Source of the DNA: Octopus vulgaris
Lineage: Eukaryota
NCBI GenBank assembly: GCA_951406725.2
Contig: OX597816.1
Span: 145,390,001-145,454,000, forward strand
Direction of reading: 5' to 3'
DNA length: 64,000 nucleotides
Positions 39,186 to 53,333 of this stretch are shown here, in pieces (positions within the stretch are counted from its first letter, which is position 1; every line of letters starts with the position of its first letter). The translations under genes were made by a program, and so were the position numbers. The notes under the pieces were generated by a model, which was given only the letters and a program-made list of their open reading frames with translations, did no database searches and was not told the origin of the DNA.

Positions 39186-42100
39186 TAAGCTATAAATATA
39201 GCAAGAAATGAGTCCTAGCTTACATGAAAAATGATATGATTAATGTTTAAACACAATTATGTACAGACGAAGGGTGTATTAGATGTGCTAAGATGAATTA
39301 GCATATGCCCAGCATATTTACCAGAATGAATATACATAAAAGAAGCGTCGGTGGACGAAGCTCAGTGGATCCCTCTTTAATGCGTATATTGTCGTTCATT
39401 TTTTGCATAATATTTTATAGAGGATACCTGGCTTTTTATTTGTATCGGATGTACAATGGTCAAGCAATATTCCAATTTAGATATTTTCATACACAGTCTT
39501 GATAACTTCAGGCTACAACATTTCTGAATTCGAAAACTATACCCAAGCTTGCTATTTGAAAGTGCTAGTTCACTAACAACGTTCGTAATCAGTGGTTGCA
39601 ATGATATACGCAGGTTAAGTTTTATCTCTGTAAATAATTATTTGGTTATGTAACAGTGGTTGTAGCAAATACACGTTTTCAACCAGTTTTCAACACAAAG
39701 CAACCATTATAATATTTCTGTAGATCACCTGTGCATATGGTATTAGAAAAGTAAATATAGGAATATCTAAGCGATAATGTTACACGTAATATATTAAATG
39801 GGCGTTAGATAACTACCATTACTTTCGCTTGAAACTTTCCCATAATATAACAACTATAGACAACAATATCATATTCCAATTTTATATATAATATGTAATG
39901 TGTATGTTTTTTCATTTTGATTTCCTTTAAGACAGGTTATAATTACGATTATATGCAATGGCAAACTGAATTATTAAGAAATGTAAAATAACGTGATATC
40001 AGAACATCAAGATATCGTGATGCGATATCCGTTTTGTTCCTTGAAGCTTGTTTATGAGAATATTCTTGGAAAAAGCAAATCACATTTTCGTGTCAATATT
40101 CCCTTATAGGATATCTTTCCATTGCTTGTTTTCGTCGGGTGACATTTCATATATATTAATATATATTTCGCCAACACATTGAGTTGTCATGACTACCAAT
40201 CTTACATAAGATATATTATTACGATAGGAACGTTGTATGAAAGCAAGATCTAGACAGAATCTCAATCGTATACAAAATGACGTTGAACCATGAGTGGCTT
40301 CAGAAAATCAAACAGCTTCATACTTATGATGAATATCCGCAGAGTGATATTATAGTGAATCAAGCAGAGGAATTTATACTTTTAAAAACATAAAAACTGT
40401 TTTGCAATTCCTATTAACTGTGGTTATAGATTAACTTTATTCGTATGGAAAAGTTGAAGGTAGGTAATAAATAGTTGTTTTACTTCCCAAGGCATATAAT
40501 AGCCTCTAAGGCTAACATTTCTTTGTGATGCTGCCCACGTGTTTATCCCCACTAATCAGGTTCAGCTAGTGAAATTGGGTTTTATATTGAAAGATATCTC
40601 GTGATATATACTTATTCTGTTTAATGAAAGAGGTAATATGGCCCCTTATGCACTACAAAAACATAAAATGTTCAGTACACACTACTTAACTCTGAAAAAT
40701 ATCATTAACAGACTTTCTGCTGCATTTAAAAAATGTTGGTACTACTTCTATACACTTCTTTACACTAATATGTAAGCATAAGAAGCTGTCTAATGCCGTT
40801 TTCTAGGTATGCAGAATAAAGTGCGTAACCTCATCACACATCTGTGCCATTAAACCTTCATAGTATGTGAATAGGGATGGTCCACCGAGTGAGATACGTA
40901 TCAAATGAAGTATATTGGAATACATATAAATTTCAAGTATACTGTGTGAAAATTGTTACTTCCGCATATTCAATATGACCAATAGTGTGGCAAATGTTTC
41001 TCATGTAAAGAATACAAGAACACATTTACATCTAATTTCTGAACATAAACAGAGTTCACTCTGCCCCATTGATCATAAGCTTAAGTGATCCGCATCAATA
41101 TTTAGCGTTAGAAATATTTTGGTAATTTAGCCACCACTGGTAAAATTTCGCTACTTGCAGCTTGAACTGGAGGCTTCTATCTACACACCATAGAAATGTT
41201 CATTGGTTGAGTACTCTGAAATAAACTAGTATTCTTACAAAACCAGAAAATACTGCATTTTATTCACATCTTACCGGACATAAATGTCATAATTTCTCTT
41301 TTAGCTAATATCATTCAATCACTCATTTTTAATTTTCAGCAAATATACGCACTTGTCATTGAAATTCATAAACCTACCCCAGTCGTACAGCTGCGTGAGC
41401 ATATACTCTTAGAGCATCATTCAACAGAGAGCCTAGCACACTTGGATTTTTCAGTATCACAAGGAATCTGCACTTACACATATCTAAGTTAAAAATATTT
41501 TACCTATTTCCTTGCAGTAATACGATTAAAATGCTGAAGACATTCATATACATCACACGATGTTCCTATACATATTTACATTTGTCTAAATTGCAACAAA
41601 TACACTTGAAAATAATTTTGCATTAAGTAGATACTTAGATCTCATCAGTTGCCAACTGTAGACAATGCTCCATTAAGACAAGAATTAAACTTCTATTAAA
41701 ATCTAATAGTCAGCGCCGTCCATATTTACGAAATCATTCTAAAGAAAAGGCAAGAAATGTATTTTTTTTACCTAGGCACAATATGTATACCTTAGTTCAT
41801 GCATGCAAGTTTCTTTCTCTGTACCTCCTCTGACAATCAAGCTAATTGTATACCCTCATTACCGTGGCAAACTCATCTGTCTTGCTTCCATTGTTATATC
41901 TCGCATGGAAGACGGAAACAAAACACGATTTTCTACTCCCAGAATCGCAATCCTCTCCGATTCCTGTTTTCTACTGTCACTTCCAATTTTCACTTTGGAT
42001 TATGCATCCCGGAAATGAAACACACACACACACGCACACACACATAGCTGCTGAATGCAAAAGTAGCAGAATTAAGTGTTGAAGTGGCTATTTGCATGCT

Positions 42101-44017
42101 GATATATCGCGAAAAGGCATATTTTCTGAGGTATTCGTCCGGAGAAAATATCTCTATATCCGTGATAGTTATGAGTTTAAAAGCAGAACTATATCAGTAT
42201 TAGAGAAAAATCGTCCAGCAGCAGCCATGACCATGCTAATTGTCTTTTCATGATCTATTTGTGATTTCATATATGAAGGGTAGCTGCGTGTGTGTCACTT
42301 CCATGAATTAGTGGGCGTTATGGTAACTCGGGCTCTTGTAATAGTTTTCCATTTGCGGAAATAATTCGTTGGACCGACACTAGTAGTGAACTTAAAGACG
42401 CACACTCAGTACAATGCCAATTCAAGACAAAATTAACATCGGCTGGTGGTTCTAATATTTCAGCCAAACGGACTGTCTCAAGTCATTGAATCAGGCAGTT
42501 ACTGAATATAGAAAACTTAGAACAAAGAAACCTGTTAGCATTTGCAAGTAGCATATTCTATATAGCTGTCAAATGCCATATAACTATTTTTTGAATGACG
42601 AGATGAACCGGTCGCAGTATCAGATATGACTGACTTACCGTGAATCTTACCTTGTGTACTTCAAGTCGGTTACATATTTTATTCGTTTATTTCATTTTAC
42701 ACTCGAGTATATTGCAAACTCACCACAATGTTTCGCTTGATTTGTATTAATTTTGTCGGACTATACTTATAAACGGTAGTATTTCCATTTTGATTCGGCT
42801 TTATTAATGGAATTGTTACCATCTTCTGGATAATTTTTCAGTTTACAATCTGTATTCAGCGTTTCAGAACTATATCTTATAACATCACAAAACGCAAGTT
42901 TTATTTGTATCTTATTCGAGATATATTTTTATAATAACTATGACCAGTTTTGCAATGCTTTATTGTTGGAAGTAATGAGCTCTATCTTTAGTTATCAACG
43001 ATTTTAGTGTTTTGGCCACTTATAAATGCAGAGGTTGTTTTTGTAAACGTGGAATGCGCAATATCATTTTAAATTATATTACTGAATGTTTCAGGATGCT
43101 ATGAAAATAATTAAATCTAGCTACCTTAGAAAACTTGTATAATCGCTGAAACAACATCTTCATGCAAAAATATTAGGAAAAAAATAAATTTCGCCCTGGT
43201 TTTATATTAGATTTCAGGAGATTTAAATTGTAGATGACTTGATAAAATATGAATTCTTTATTTAGTTAACCGTTTTCCTAAACAGTTTTTGCATTATTTT
43301 ATTACCTCGCAATTTCATCCAGAGCATTAATTAATTGATGAAATTAATAAAACTATGAAACCTCGGAAAAAATTAAAAAGGAAGTTTCACTAATTTCAAT
43401 AGAGTTTTCTGATGCTAATAAAATGTCCATTTCTCTCATCTTTTAGAAAGAAAACAATGTACTCTTTAGTGTGAGCTTTTATCGTATTTGAAGGCCATGT
43501 CTTGTTCATTGTTCTTTTCGTCCGATATGTTTATATAAGTTCCTATTTTGTTGTACTGCAAATATTTCTCTGAGAAAACCAATGCAACCACTTTGAGAGT
43601 TCTAATTATTAGAAGGAAAATACGGGGTTAGTTTAACAGCATTAATTGGACGTGAGACTGCTAAGCGTAACACTGAAGCAAGAGAAAAACCGTGTATGCA
43701 GTTTTCATTTCTAAAAGATCATTTTACTTTCGTGATGAAATTTTTCACACAATAAGCTCTGCATATTTCTATCGAGCTAGGACCCACTAAACATTTATTG
43801 TTTATTAATAATTACATCGTGTTTCGCATCGAATATTTAGAAAACTTCATATTGAAATTTATAAAATCTCAGAAATATTAATGAAGTTGAAAACGAAAGA
43901 TTAGAGAGAGGGACCAGAGAGATATATTGAGAAATAAGGGAAGAAGAACTGACCAATTTTGTGAGAACAAGTGCTAAAATGAAATTCCAAATTTTCCTTC
44001 ATTACAATTTTTAGACT

Positions 44018-44340
44018 AACTAGTCAATCCACCCGAATGTATCAGGTTATTGCATTCGTTCTCGATAGACTTCAGTAACAACTACCTATTATACGTAGTA
44101 CGATAGACTTCTTGCCAATGTTTGCCACGCTGTATTTCTTCAAAGTAAATTTACACGCACGAATTTTCTCTCTCGAACAGTGTGTTTCAGTAAAGGTCGT
44201 TGGAAGAATCCTCTGTACAGCCGAAATGCACTTGAAATTAAATAAATAAATAAAACTATGGAATCGACTATTGCATGTACACGGGATGAAAGATTGCTCA
44301 TAAGTTACTGGTATATTTACGGCAAATGAGATGACACGTA
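44018..44340 (-). mobile_element. Possible degenerate Helitron 3' end
   Basis: Minus-strand CTAG end preceded by an imperfect hairpin; frameshifted TLKK..QTL and EVYRE resemble the Pif1 helicase C-terminus (TINKSQGQTL, VYxE). Confidence 0.3.
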
Positions 44341-47300
44341 TTCTGCAATCGACTCACACATACAAAAATATTCTTGGCTTATTATAACTTTGTTCACAAA
44401 ATCTTCACATGATATATTTTCATCACTATCTAGCTAATGATATCGTGCATTAAGAGACACAGACCCACTGCTGCGTAGATTTGGTGCTTGGGAAACTGAT
44501 TCGTTCAACAACGAAATACGAACGTTTCTTCTGGCCAATTTCCTTCCCGCTGTGACAATTTTAACACCTGCTCGTTGTGATATCGCATATAATTTTATTA
44601 CAAATGTTCAGGTAATCAAAAGAACAAAAAAAAAAAAACAAAAAAAAAAACTAAGAGTTACATTCACATGTCTAGCATTTGCAAACCCAAACAGTTAGCC
44701 ATTAGATGTTTGTAAAAACAAATAATAACTGAGTTAAAGCATAATAAACAGAAATACAGAACAACTGTCCCTCTGTAATATTACCTTTGAAATATTTATA
44801 ACGTTTTAAAGTTTGAGGATTATCGTTCCGGTCTTTTGTAAGTCAATTGTATTACTTGTGGTAGCTGTACTTTTTCCAAGTGCAGAGATTTAAGCGACTA
44901 TGTATGAGATATGGTATCAAATTCTGTCATAATTTTGCAAAATTTCTACTCTGTTTTCTTACTTCGAGCTACAAATCTTTGTTTTTGAAAAGTTACGGCA
45001 TGTCCTGAAACTCCCTTTCTTTCCCACCTAATCAGTTACTACACTTTTGAACTCGCAACGACTTGATTGAAATAGGTTTAGTCTTTTACTAAGTCGGTGG
45101 TTTCATTCTTGGTCATAAGATTCGGCTGTTCAATAGCAAACCGAGTTGGTCAGTCAATTTAGCTTTCCATTTTTTTAAATGCGTATATTACTGGATTTAA
45201 CTAGAAAACAAGCTTCTTGCACCAGTATCCAGCTCTTAGTTTATTTCTGTGCGTCTTCACTTCATGAGACATAGCTATGGCGAATGTTTCAGAACCGATT
45301 ATATACATTTTCCTTTCAATGTTGTTACAGAAATATTCCTAATTGGATTTAGCATCACTGACTCAAATACCTTTTCCCGTTCCAGATCTTAAACCATAAT
45401 CAATCCAGATATTCGTCAGTAGAGGCTTTCTTAACGGTAATATTAGCTTCACCTCATCTTCCGGATAATGCTTAGAGATTGGAAGCAAAATTGAAGTTTC
45501 TACTGGCTAGTTTGTGTATTTTTCTACGATAACGGTGGTTCCTGAGTTCGTGCTTTAAAGTAGTTAGCGTTTCTTCACAAGCTGATGTGGAAAGTTACCG
45601 TCTTAATATGTTTTTTATAAGATGCAATTGGTAAGGTGTGGAATCATCATTCCTCTTACATTTTGTTAATGTGGCTGACCATCAAATATGACGACAAATA
45701 TTGTTGGTCTTTTTTAAGATTTACCTCCTATGTTTGTTTCCGTTTAATAAATTCCTTAGCTTTATTTTACATGCAGCTACCTTTGGTTAGCTTGTGACCT
45801 CACAAATAATATGATCTCACATATATGTCGTAGACATTAGGTGTACAGTGCAAAGCACCATTTAAAAATATTTAGAACAAAGTCTTCTACAATTATACCA
45901 ACTGTTCCAGGCAAACTCAGTAGCTTGTTATTTTCTCCGTTATAAATTGAAGAAGCATCTTTAAGCTATAAATTTCTTGTTATTCAGACCGGATTACAAA
46001 ATTTATCTTACACCAGTTTTAATATTATGGCTGATATTGATAATAACGCCAACACTGATACCAAACTGAAACAGTACAAAAATATGCTTGTATCCTTTTT
46101 AGGATTACAGACTTATCCTTCTTATCTCATTTACTTTTCTCATTTAAATCACGATCTGTTTCGGTGCTATGGTAAAGGACTGAGATGACTAATTAACGAC
46201 TATATGAATCGGATAGTAATGCTAAGACAAAGAGTACTCAAACTTAAGCTCTACTATAACAAAATAGTATTTTTTCTTCCAAAACAAAAACTTATTACGG
46301 GCGGTAATTGTCATTTCTTATCTCGCGAAGCTAACAAACCTCGAAATACTGAGAAACAGCCAAAATGTTTTGTAAGGAAGATCAAAAATAATATAATCAA
46401 AGCGCTGCCTCTATGCCTTTAACTCTAATATAAATTCTACATCAAAAACAATCGGCCAGCGATGGCTGTGAAACATTGAAATATAGTGGATTTGAAATAT
46501 CAGTTTCTAAACAAATTTTCCAGTTTGTCTAAACTGTATGTGTGTTACAATATATTCATATACACAGCAATTATTACTCTTAAAGAACACCTAAGAAAAC
46601 GCAGAAATAAACACAACTCTGTGTGTGTGAGTATGTGTGTCTGTGTGTGTATGTTGAGTGTGTGCATATATGTGTGCATGCATGTGTGTGTGTGTGTATA
46701 TATATATTAGTAATTCTTTTTATATCATCAACTGATGACAAAATGTCATATGAAAAAAGAATTCTGTTGTATACAATACGATTTCTATAAAAATTATTTG
46801 CATTGGAAATGGAGAAACAATGTATGCTTATGCTGTCTAGATATTTGAACACGTATGAAGGATATTCAGCATTTCCTGATTTATAGTTTCCTAGACAGTA
46901 TGTGCAGACGTAGAATAAATAAGATCACAAATGGACTGAAGCAGAAAATATATACGTAGTAAGTATATAAGAAATAAAAAGTTACTTTAAAAGTGTATAT
47001 TTTAGAAAAAAGTGAGTACATAATAATCAGACAGCAAGATTATTAGTAACATTTCAGTCATGTTTAAACAGTAGTTGGAACATCAGTTTAAGTGTGAGTT
47101 ATATGTCACAGATATTTAAAATGTAATTATATTTATGAAAGAGTCGTATATAACATACAATTAGGAAATATGAACTTCGGGAGAAAATTATAGGAGTGGC
47201 AAATTACAAGGTGTTACTCTTCTGACGAGTCAAGTCACAATTTATAATTCTACCTGATGTAGTAATATATTGTATAATTTAACGTATATTTTCTGTACAG

Positions 47301-48421
47301 ATAGCCTGGAAGGTAAGATTAAATTTTAAGATGTACGTTCCAGAATTAGTATATACGCTAATTTATATATTTGAAACAAATAAAGAACATCTACAGTGAA
47401 ATAATTAAATTTTATCTATAAAGAGTATTTGAAATAATCATAAAATAGGCAATTAACATGTTTTAAACTGTTAGATGAAATACCAAATGATTAAAGAATA
47501 TTGTATTTGGATATATCGTTTTAATTAGCTTTAGAAAAGAGAAAACCTATATAAATAATGGGAGCTATCTCATTTGTGTTTTTTTTTCTGCGTAAATTAA
47601 TATACTTCTATCCCAAGACAAATGACCCCTTTTATGCAGTACAGATTTTGCGGAAAGGATTGCAATGTGCAGCAAATAACTGCATGGCGCAATACTGCAC
47701 TTATTCACAGTAGCTTTACATGGCAAAGATTACCTGAGTGTACTGGTACCTTCAGCATTTAATTCTTCATTGAGGCACAGATTCCAATATTCTTCATAAC
47801 GAAAAAAGAAATACTGGAGATAGTACAATCATGCCCACAGATATCAAACCTAAGAACAGAACGATTCATTCCCCAGTTACTCTAAGAATCACTGCAACCC
47901 AGATGTTGTCATAAGTTTGGAAGAGTGTCATGAGAGGAGAGACGTGTAGGAAACTTCCGGATGAGGGCACCCAAGTGATAGGACCTAATCCATCAATGCA
48001 GCGATGGTGTGATTGTTTATTGCTAGTTAATGCTAGGTACAGAGGCCCATACATCTGTGTATATGACAAATGCTATCAACATTGAGGGAGAGGAAAACAG
48101 CTGCCAATAAATTGTGGCTAGTTGAAGAAAGAGCGTTTTGTTGCCTCCCGAACAAGCAAGTTATTGATGGGCTGGAAGCTAAGCGAGGTTGAGCAGTAAC
48201 CAACCATCATGTTGATCTGTCAGCTAGATGAGGTTTATGCCTGAGACAAGACTGTCACCAAATAATGCATCCTTCTCGAAGTTGAAACCTGTGACAGTTA
48301 GATGCAGTCACAGTGAGAACATATTCTAGCATCGCGAATAAATTAACCTCATGTTAACACATGCGCGCATACATACTCCTTAGCCTACGCACATTTTCTT
48401 CTCTCCTTGTTTTTTTTTCTG

Positions 48422-48465
48422 TGTCCCTTTCTGTAGAAGAGCGTAGGCTCGAAACGTAAAAGACA
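48422..48465 (+). ncRNA. Hammerhead-like motif with a variant core in a short repeat end
   Basis: CTTT-CTGTAGA-A-GAGC-GTAG-GCTC-GAAA-CG-TA-AAAG; core A6 is replaced by T. Confidence 0.5.
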
Positions 48466-48926
48466 ATTACTATTCCTGAGCGTTATACTAATACATCTGT
48501 TTGTTTTGTACACCACCTGTCTTAGTCCTTTGTTTTTTTCGTAAACTCTCCCTATATATATTAGATACACACGCGCACATACATACACCAACGCCCTGAT
48601 GTCATCGACGCACACACGCAAACGCACGAGTGCATAGACGCCCAAACACCTAAACACCAGGAACATGCGCATACTAGATGCTCAGGCTCACACATAAGAT
48701 ATATACTCGCGCATATGCTCACACCAATGATCTGCTGTCCCTTATACGTTATAAACTAGCTGTCACAATCACATCCTGTACGACCACGCTGTTAGGAATT
48801 AAGATTGAAAATGTCACTTCTATATTGTGCGTGTTAACCATTAGCAGCCCAATATCCAGAAATCATCTTGGAGCCTCTCCATTTGCATGGAACCGAATAA
48901 AATTTATTATTAAGTAATATATATAA

Positions 48927-48977
<51 letters not shown>

Positions 48978-49002
48978 TGTATATATATATATTTTTTTTT
49001 AT

Positions 49003-49100
<98 letters not shown>

Positions 49101-49558
49101 TTACTATTATGCAAACGTGTCGTAAGTTCAACACCTTGCTTCTTCAGAATACGAAAAGATATTTTCACCATTTCATTTCTTTTCACATTAGCACCAGTTG
49201 CAGCCCGACAATAATACTTTGTTGAATGCATAAAATCGCACCTCCATGCATGTATGATATTTTCAGTCAGAAATATTTTTGCAAAACTCTCGTATAACAC
49301 ACTTTTGAAAAATGATAAACCGTTGTACTACACTTTGGCAATTTTCATATCTTGGCATCTGAGGCAGCTGGAGATTCAAGAGCTTGATCAAAAGAACCGG
49401 GTATGGCAAGCAAGATTAAATATTTAATAAAAAGCGCATTTGGAAAATTTGGGTATTCAACAGTTTAACATAATGAAATGATATATATATATATATATAC
49501 ATACATAGAGAGAAAGAGAGAGAGTTTCCGTGTGAGTATATGTGTCTGTGTCTGTGTT

Positions 49559-49626
<68 letters not shown>

Positions 49627-49847
49627 GGTATATGTACAGTCATACTTGGCATTTTCCTTTACTGTCACCTAAATCTCGAGAAATTCTACTTATAGCCACA
49701 CAAATGTAGCCAATAAAGAGAATTAATTCTCGCGAGACGATTTGTACAGCATATTGTCTTCCCATGTCCGAGTGTACGCAAGCAAGATTATGCATAACTA
49801 TGCTATGCATAACATTGTTTTATTCAACGGTGCTTCTTGCATCACTA

Positions 49848-49849
<2 letters not shown>

Positions 49850-49900
<51 letters not shown>

Positions 49901-50011
49901 TACATATATGTGCACATATATATATTATCATTCTTCTTCTTCTTCTCCTTCTTTATCTTCTTCTTCTTCTTCTTCTTTTTCTTCTTCTTCTTCTTCTTCT
50001 TATTATTATTA

Positions 50012-50056
<45 letters not shown>

Positions 50057-50068
50057 GTAGTAGTAGTA
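49850..50068. repeat. Compound microsatellite (TA)n/(TTC)n/(TTA)n/(TAG)n
   Basis: Direct reading. Confidence 0.95.
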
Positions 50069-50254
50069 AAAATTTGGGATTTTACCAATAGGGCCTCAAC
50101 TTCAGTTTCAGGACAACCTTATTTACTGGAGTACACAGAAAATTATATTCAAAATAATAATTTAATAATCTAAGCATTTTAAAGCCTGCTATAACATACA
50201 ATAAGAATAAAGTATATTAGAATTAACTATAAATTATTTAAACATATTTTTTAA

Positions 50255-51895
50255 AAAGTGAGTCAAACTCAACTGCTGGTCCTGATGTTTTCCCAGCAAT
50301 CCTCCTCAAATCGTGTTAACATGCCCTGGCAAAACCTCTCAAGATTCTCTTCCAGAGCTTTCTTACAAATGGCAAACTGCCAAGAAAGCTGAAGGAGGGA
50401 ATAATATGCCCAATACATAAAGGGGGAAGTAGAGCAGATGCCAAAAACTATAGGCCTATCTCTCTGACTTCACACATCAGCAAAGTCATGGAACGGATGT
50501 TCAGAGGGAAACTAATCGCATTCCTTGAAAAAAATAACTTGCTGAGTGATACCCAACATGGTTTTCGACCAGGTAGGAGCTGCCTGACCCAGCTCTTACA
50601 GCATTATGACTGGGTGTTGAGGCAGTTACTCAAAAAATCAAATGTGGATGTAATATACCTTGATTTTGCAAAAGCTTTTGACAAGGTGGATTATGGTATG
50701 ATATGCCACAAACTGCGTGACCTCGGCATAGCTGGAAAACTTGGAGTGTGGTTACATGACTTCCTGAAAGATAGGAGTCAGGCAGTAGTGGCTAATGGAG
50801 CCACCTCTATGAACACACAAATAGTGAGTGGTGTTCCACAGGGCACTGTCTTGGGACCACTGCTTTTTATAGTGGCCCTCTCAGATATGCCCTCAAATGC
50901 CCGGATAGCCACTCTGGCAAGCTATGCAGATGATACGAAAGTCTCACAGAAAATACAGAACCCCAGCGATGTTGCACACCTGCAGCAGGAGTTGGACTCA
51001 ATTTACAGATGGGCTGAGGATAATAATATGCAGTTTAATGCTGAAAAATTCCAGGCCCTGCGCTACCAGCATTCAAAGCTGAATATTAAACCTACAGGGT
51101 ACACCGGTCCACAGGGAATTTCAATCCCAGAGCCTACGTCAGTGAGCGATCTGGGTATCGACATGAGTGATGATACCTCTTTCCAAGTGCACATTACCAG
51201 GATGGCGATAAAGTGCAGACGACCGGCTGGATGGATCCTAAGAACATTCAGAACGAGAGATAAGGAAACCATGATGGTCCTCTGGCGGACATTCGTCCTC
51301 AGCCGCCTGGATTACTGCTCACAGCTATGGTCACCCACCAGTGTGAGATTAACAGCGGACCTTGAAGCAATCCAGAGAAGATTCACAAAGAAGATCGTCT
51401 CTTTGCAACAGCTCAGCTACTGGGAAAGGTTGAAACAGCTAAGACTCTACTCCCTGGAGAGAAGACGGGAGAAGTATGCAGTAATATATATCTGGAAGAT
51501 CCTGGAAGGAATTGTGCCAAATTTTGGCATTGAAAGCTACACCAATTTCAGAACGGGACGACACTGCATGGTGCCAAAGATCTCAGCAATGCCATCACGC
51601 TTCAGGACCAGTTACTGCAACAGCCTGGGTTTCAAGGGCTCACAGCGTTTTAATATTCTCCAAAAGAGTCTGAGGGACTTGCATAAAGTAGATGTAGGGT
51701 TTTTAAAATCAAAGCTGGACCTTTTCCTGTCGAGAGTCCCAGATGAGCCTACCTCACGACATGAGGTGCAAATGAGAGTAGCTATATCAATCTCCAAGTG
51801 CCACATGTTAGAGGAGGCTCCTAGTAATAACAGTGTAGCGCAAAACGGCGGTGCATCAGCATGGCCGCAGCTCTGAACTGAAATTTAAAAAGAAA
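50255..51895 (+). mobile_element. 5'-truncated CR1-like LINE
   Basis: AGPD...PIHKGG...NYRPISLTS upstream of the RT ORF; 3' end shared with 3650-4312. Confidence 0.92.
50488..51876 (+). CDS. LINE reverse transcriptase (CR1-like ORF2, endonuclease missing)
   Basis: 462 aa with QHGFRPGRSC, YLDFAKAFDKV, SGVPQGTVLGPLLF and YADDTK; upstream stop and truncation indicate a dead copy. Confidence 0.9.
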   Translation: MERMFRGKLIAFLEKNNLLSDTQHGFRPGRSCLTQLLQHYDWVLRQLLKKSNVDVIYLDFAKAFDKVDYGMICHKLRDLGIAGKLGVWLHDFLKDRSQAVVANGATSMNTQIVSGVPQGTVLGPLLFIVALSDMPSNARIATLASYADDTKVSQKIQNPSDVAHLQQELDSIYRWAEDNNMQFNAEKFQALRYQHSKLNIKPTGYTGPQGISIPEPTSVSDLGIDMSDDTSFQVHITRMAIKCRRPAGWILRTFRTRDKETMMVLWRTFVLSRLDYCSQLWSPTSVRLTADLEAIQRRFTKKIVSLQQLSYWERLKQLRLYSLERRREKYAVIYIWKILEGIVPNFGIESYTNFRTGRHCMVPKISAMPSRFRTSYCNSLGFKGSQRFNILQKSLRDLHKVDVGFLKSKLDLFLSRVPDEPTSRHEVQMRVAISISKCHMLEEAPSNNSVAQNGGASAWPQL

Positions 51896-52097
51896 AAAAT
51901 ACCTTTCCTGTTATTAGTCGATGGAGAAAGAAGATAATATTGATCAACACTACACATGTTTCAGCGCTGGTGGTTTGTTTCACCAGGCTATACCTAATGC
52001 ATATATCCGCCTCAGGGTATTTTCCTATTTTTATTATTATTATTAACGGATTCAACTTAATCCTACAAATTCTAAGATATCTTCATTAAAAGTAAGA

Positions 52098-52164
<67 letters not shown>

Positions 52165-52552
52165 TAACTTGCTAATATATCTTTACAAAATCTAGAAGAT
52201 TTAAAAAATTGGAAACTTAGAAATTATTTTAAAATTCCTGAAAATTTAATAAAATTAAATTAAACACCTAAAATACTGTAGCGATACATATATATAGAAA
52301 GTACTAAACATAAAGAAACCCTCATAGACTATTTTATAAACACGTCAAATTAAACCACCTATTTATATAAACTTTAAGGGAATTAATAATTTGTTGTAAA
52401 ATTTATCCCTATCAATACTAGTGTATATTACCATTATTATGACAAACAGTATAATATTTAAACAGTAAAAAACCTGTATATATGTTATAAATTTATTGAA
52501 TAAAACTAGAAATGAAACTATTTACCACAATTAACAAAGGAAGAATACTTAC

Positions 52553-52597
52553 CTGCATGTTTGCTCCTTCTTTAAACCGTGCATCTTGTGTCCTGCG
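52553..52597 (-). CDS. Candidate 45-nt internal exon of an unidentified host gene (RRTQDARFKEGANMQ)
   Basis: Minus strand TATTTCTTTCCCATATTACTTAG| 45 nt open frame |GTAAGT, with CAG before the donor; GC-richer than flanks. Confidence 0.55.
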
Positions 52598-53298
52598 CTA
52601 AGTAATATGGGAAAGAAATACACAACTCTAAAAGAATTCTTTAAGACTAATGTCATTTGAGATGTTGAATACAAGGGGATATAATAATAAGATACTCTTA
52701 TCTATAGGTATAATTGGATTTTTTTCAGCAATCAAGATTTAGAGATTTATTTTATTCAATATGTGGCCTGTCTAATCCTTTTTAAGGTAACAATCTTTAC
52801 GTTGATTTCCTGGTTTTAGGTATATACGTATCTAATACTATTATACAATTCTATTAAAAACTACATTTAACTATTTTTTTCATTAATCGTTTAAGAGATA
52901 ACATACTGTGGGGAGGTTATCTTTCCATATATTTTTCATTTTATTATACGTAAAGCTATTTTTGTGTCGGCATTTTATAACCCTCTCATCTGTACTGTTC
53001 AGTAATACTTCTTTCGACTGGAGTATAAGTGTGTGTGTGTGCGTGTATATATATATATATGGTGTTAATAATGATGATGAGAACGGAGATTTTTCAGATT
53101 CATAATTTTATTAAACAGTTATTTACAGCATCTTTTCCGGATTTACCAACGAGGGGTAGTTTCCAGATCCTAGCAACTTATTGTCAAATCAGGAAAGAAC
53201 CGTTGTGGCTATCCGGCGTCTGAACCGAATTAAGAGAAAACACAGTGTAACTACCATGACATGTATTTTATATATATATATAATATATATAACTTTGA

Positions 53299-53333
<35 letters not shown>

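Noticed and set aside
45385-45437. Plus-strand AG...GT segment of about 51 nt
   Set aside because: Weak donor (GTAATA), no recognisable peptide and no other support.
47600-48350. GC-richer segment, possibly an exon
   Set aside because: No long clean frame; faint RTE-like traces suggest an old LINE remnant, too decayed to call.
51945-52020. Minus-strand CTGAGG...GAAACATGTGTA possible hammerhead
   Set aside because: Core and helix I too damaged to support.
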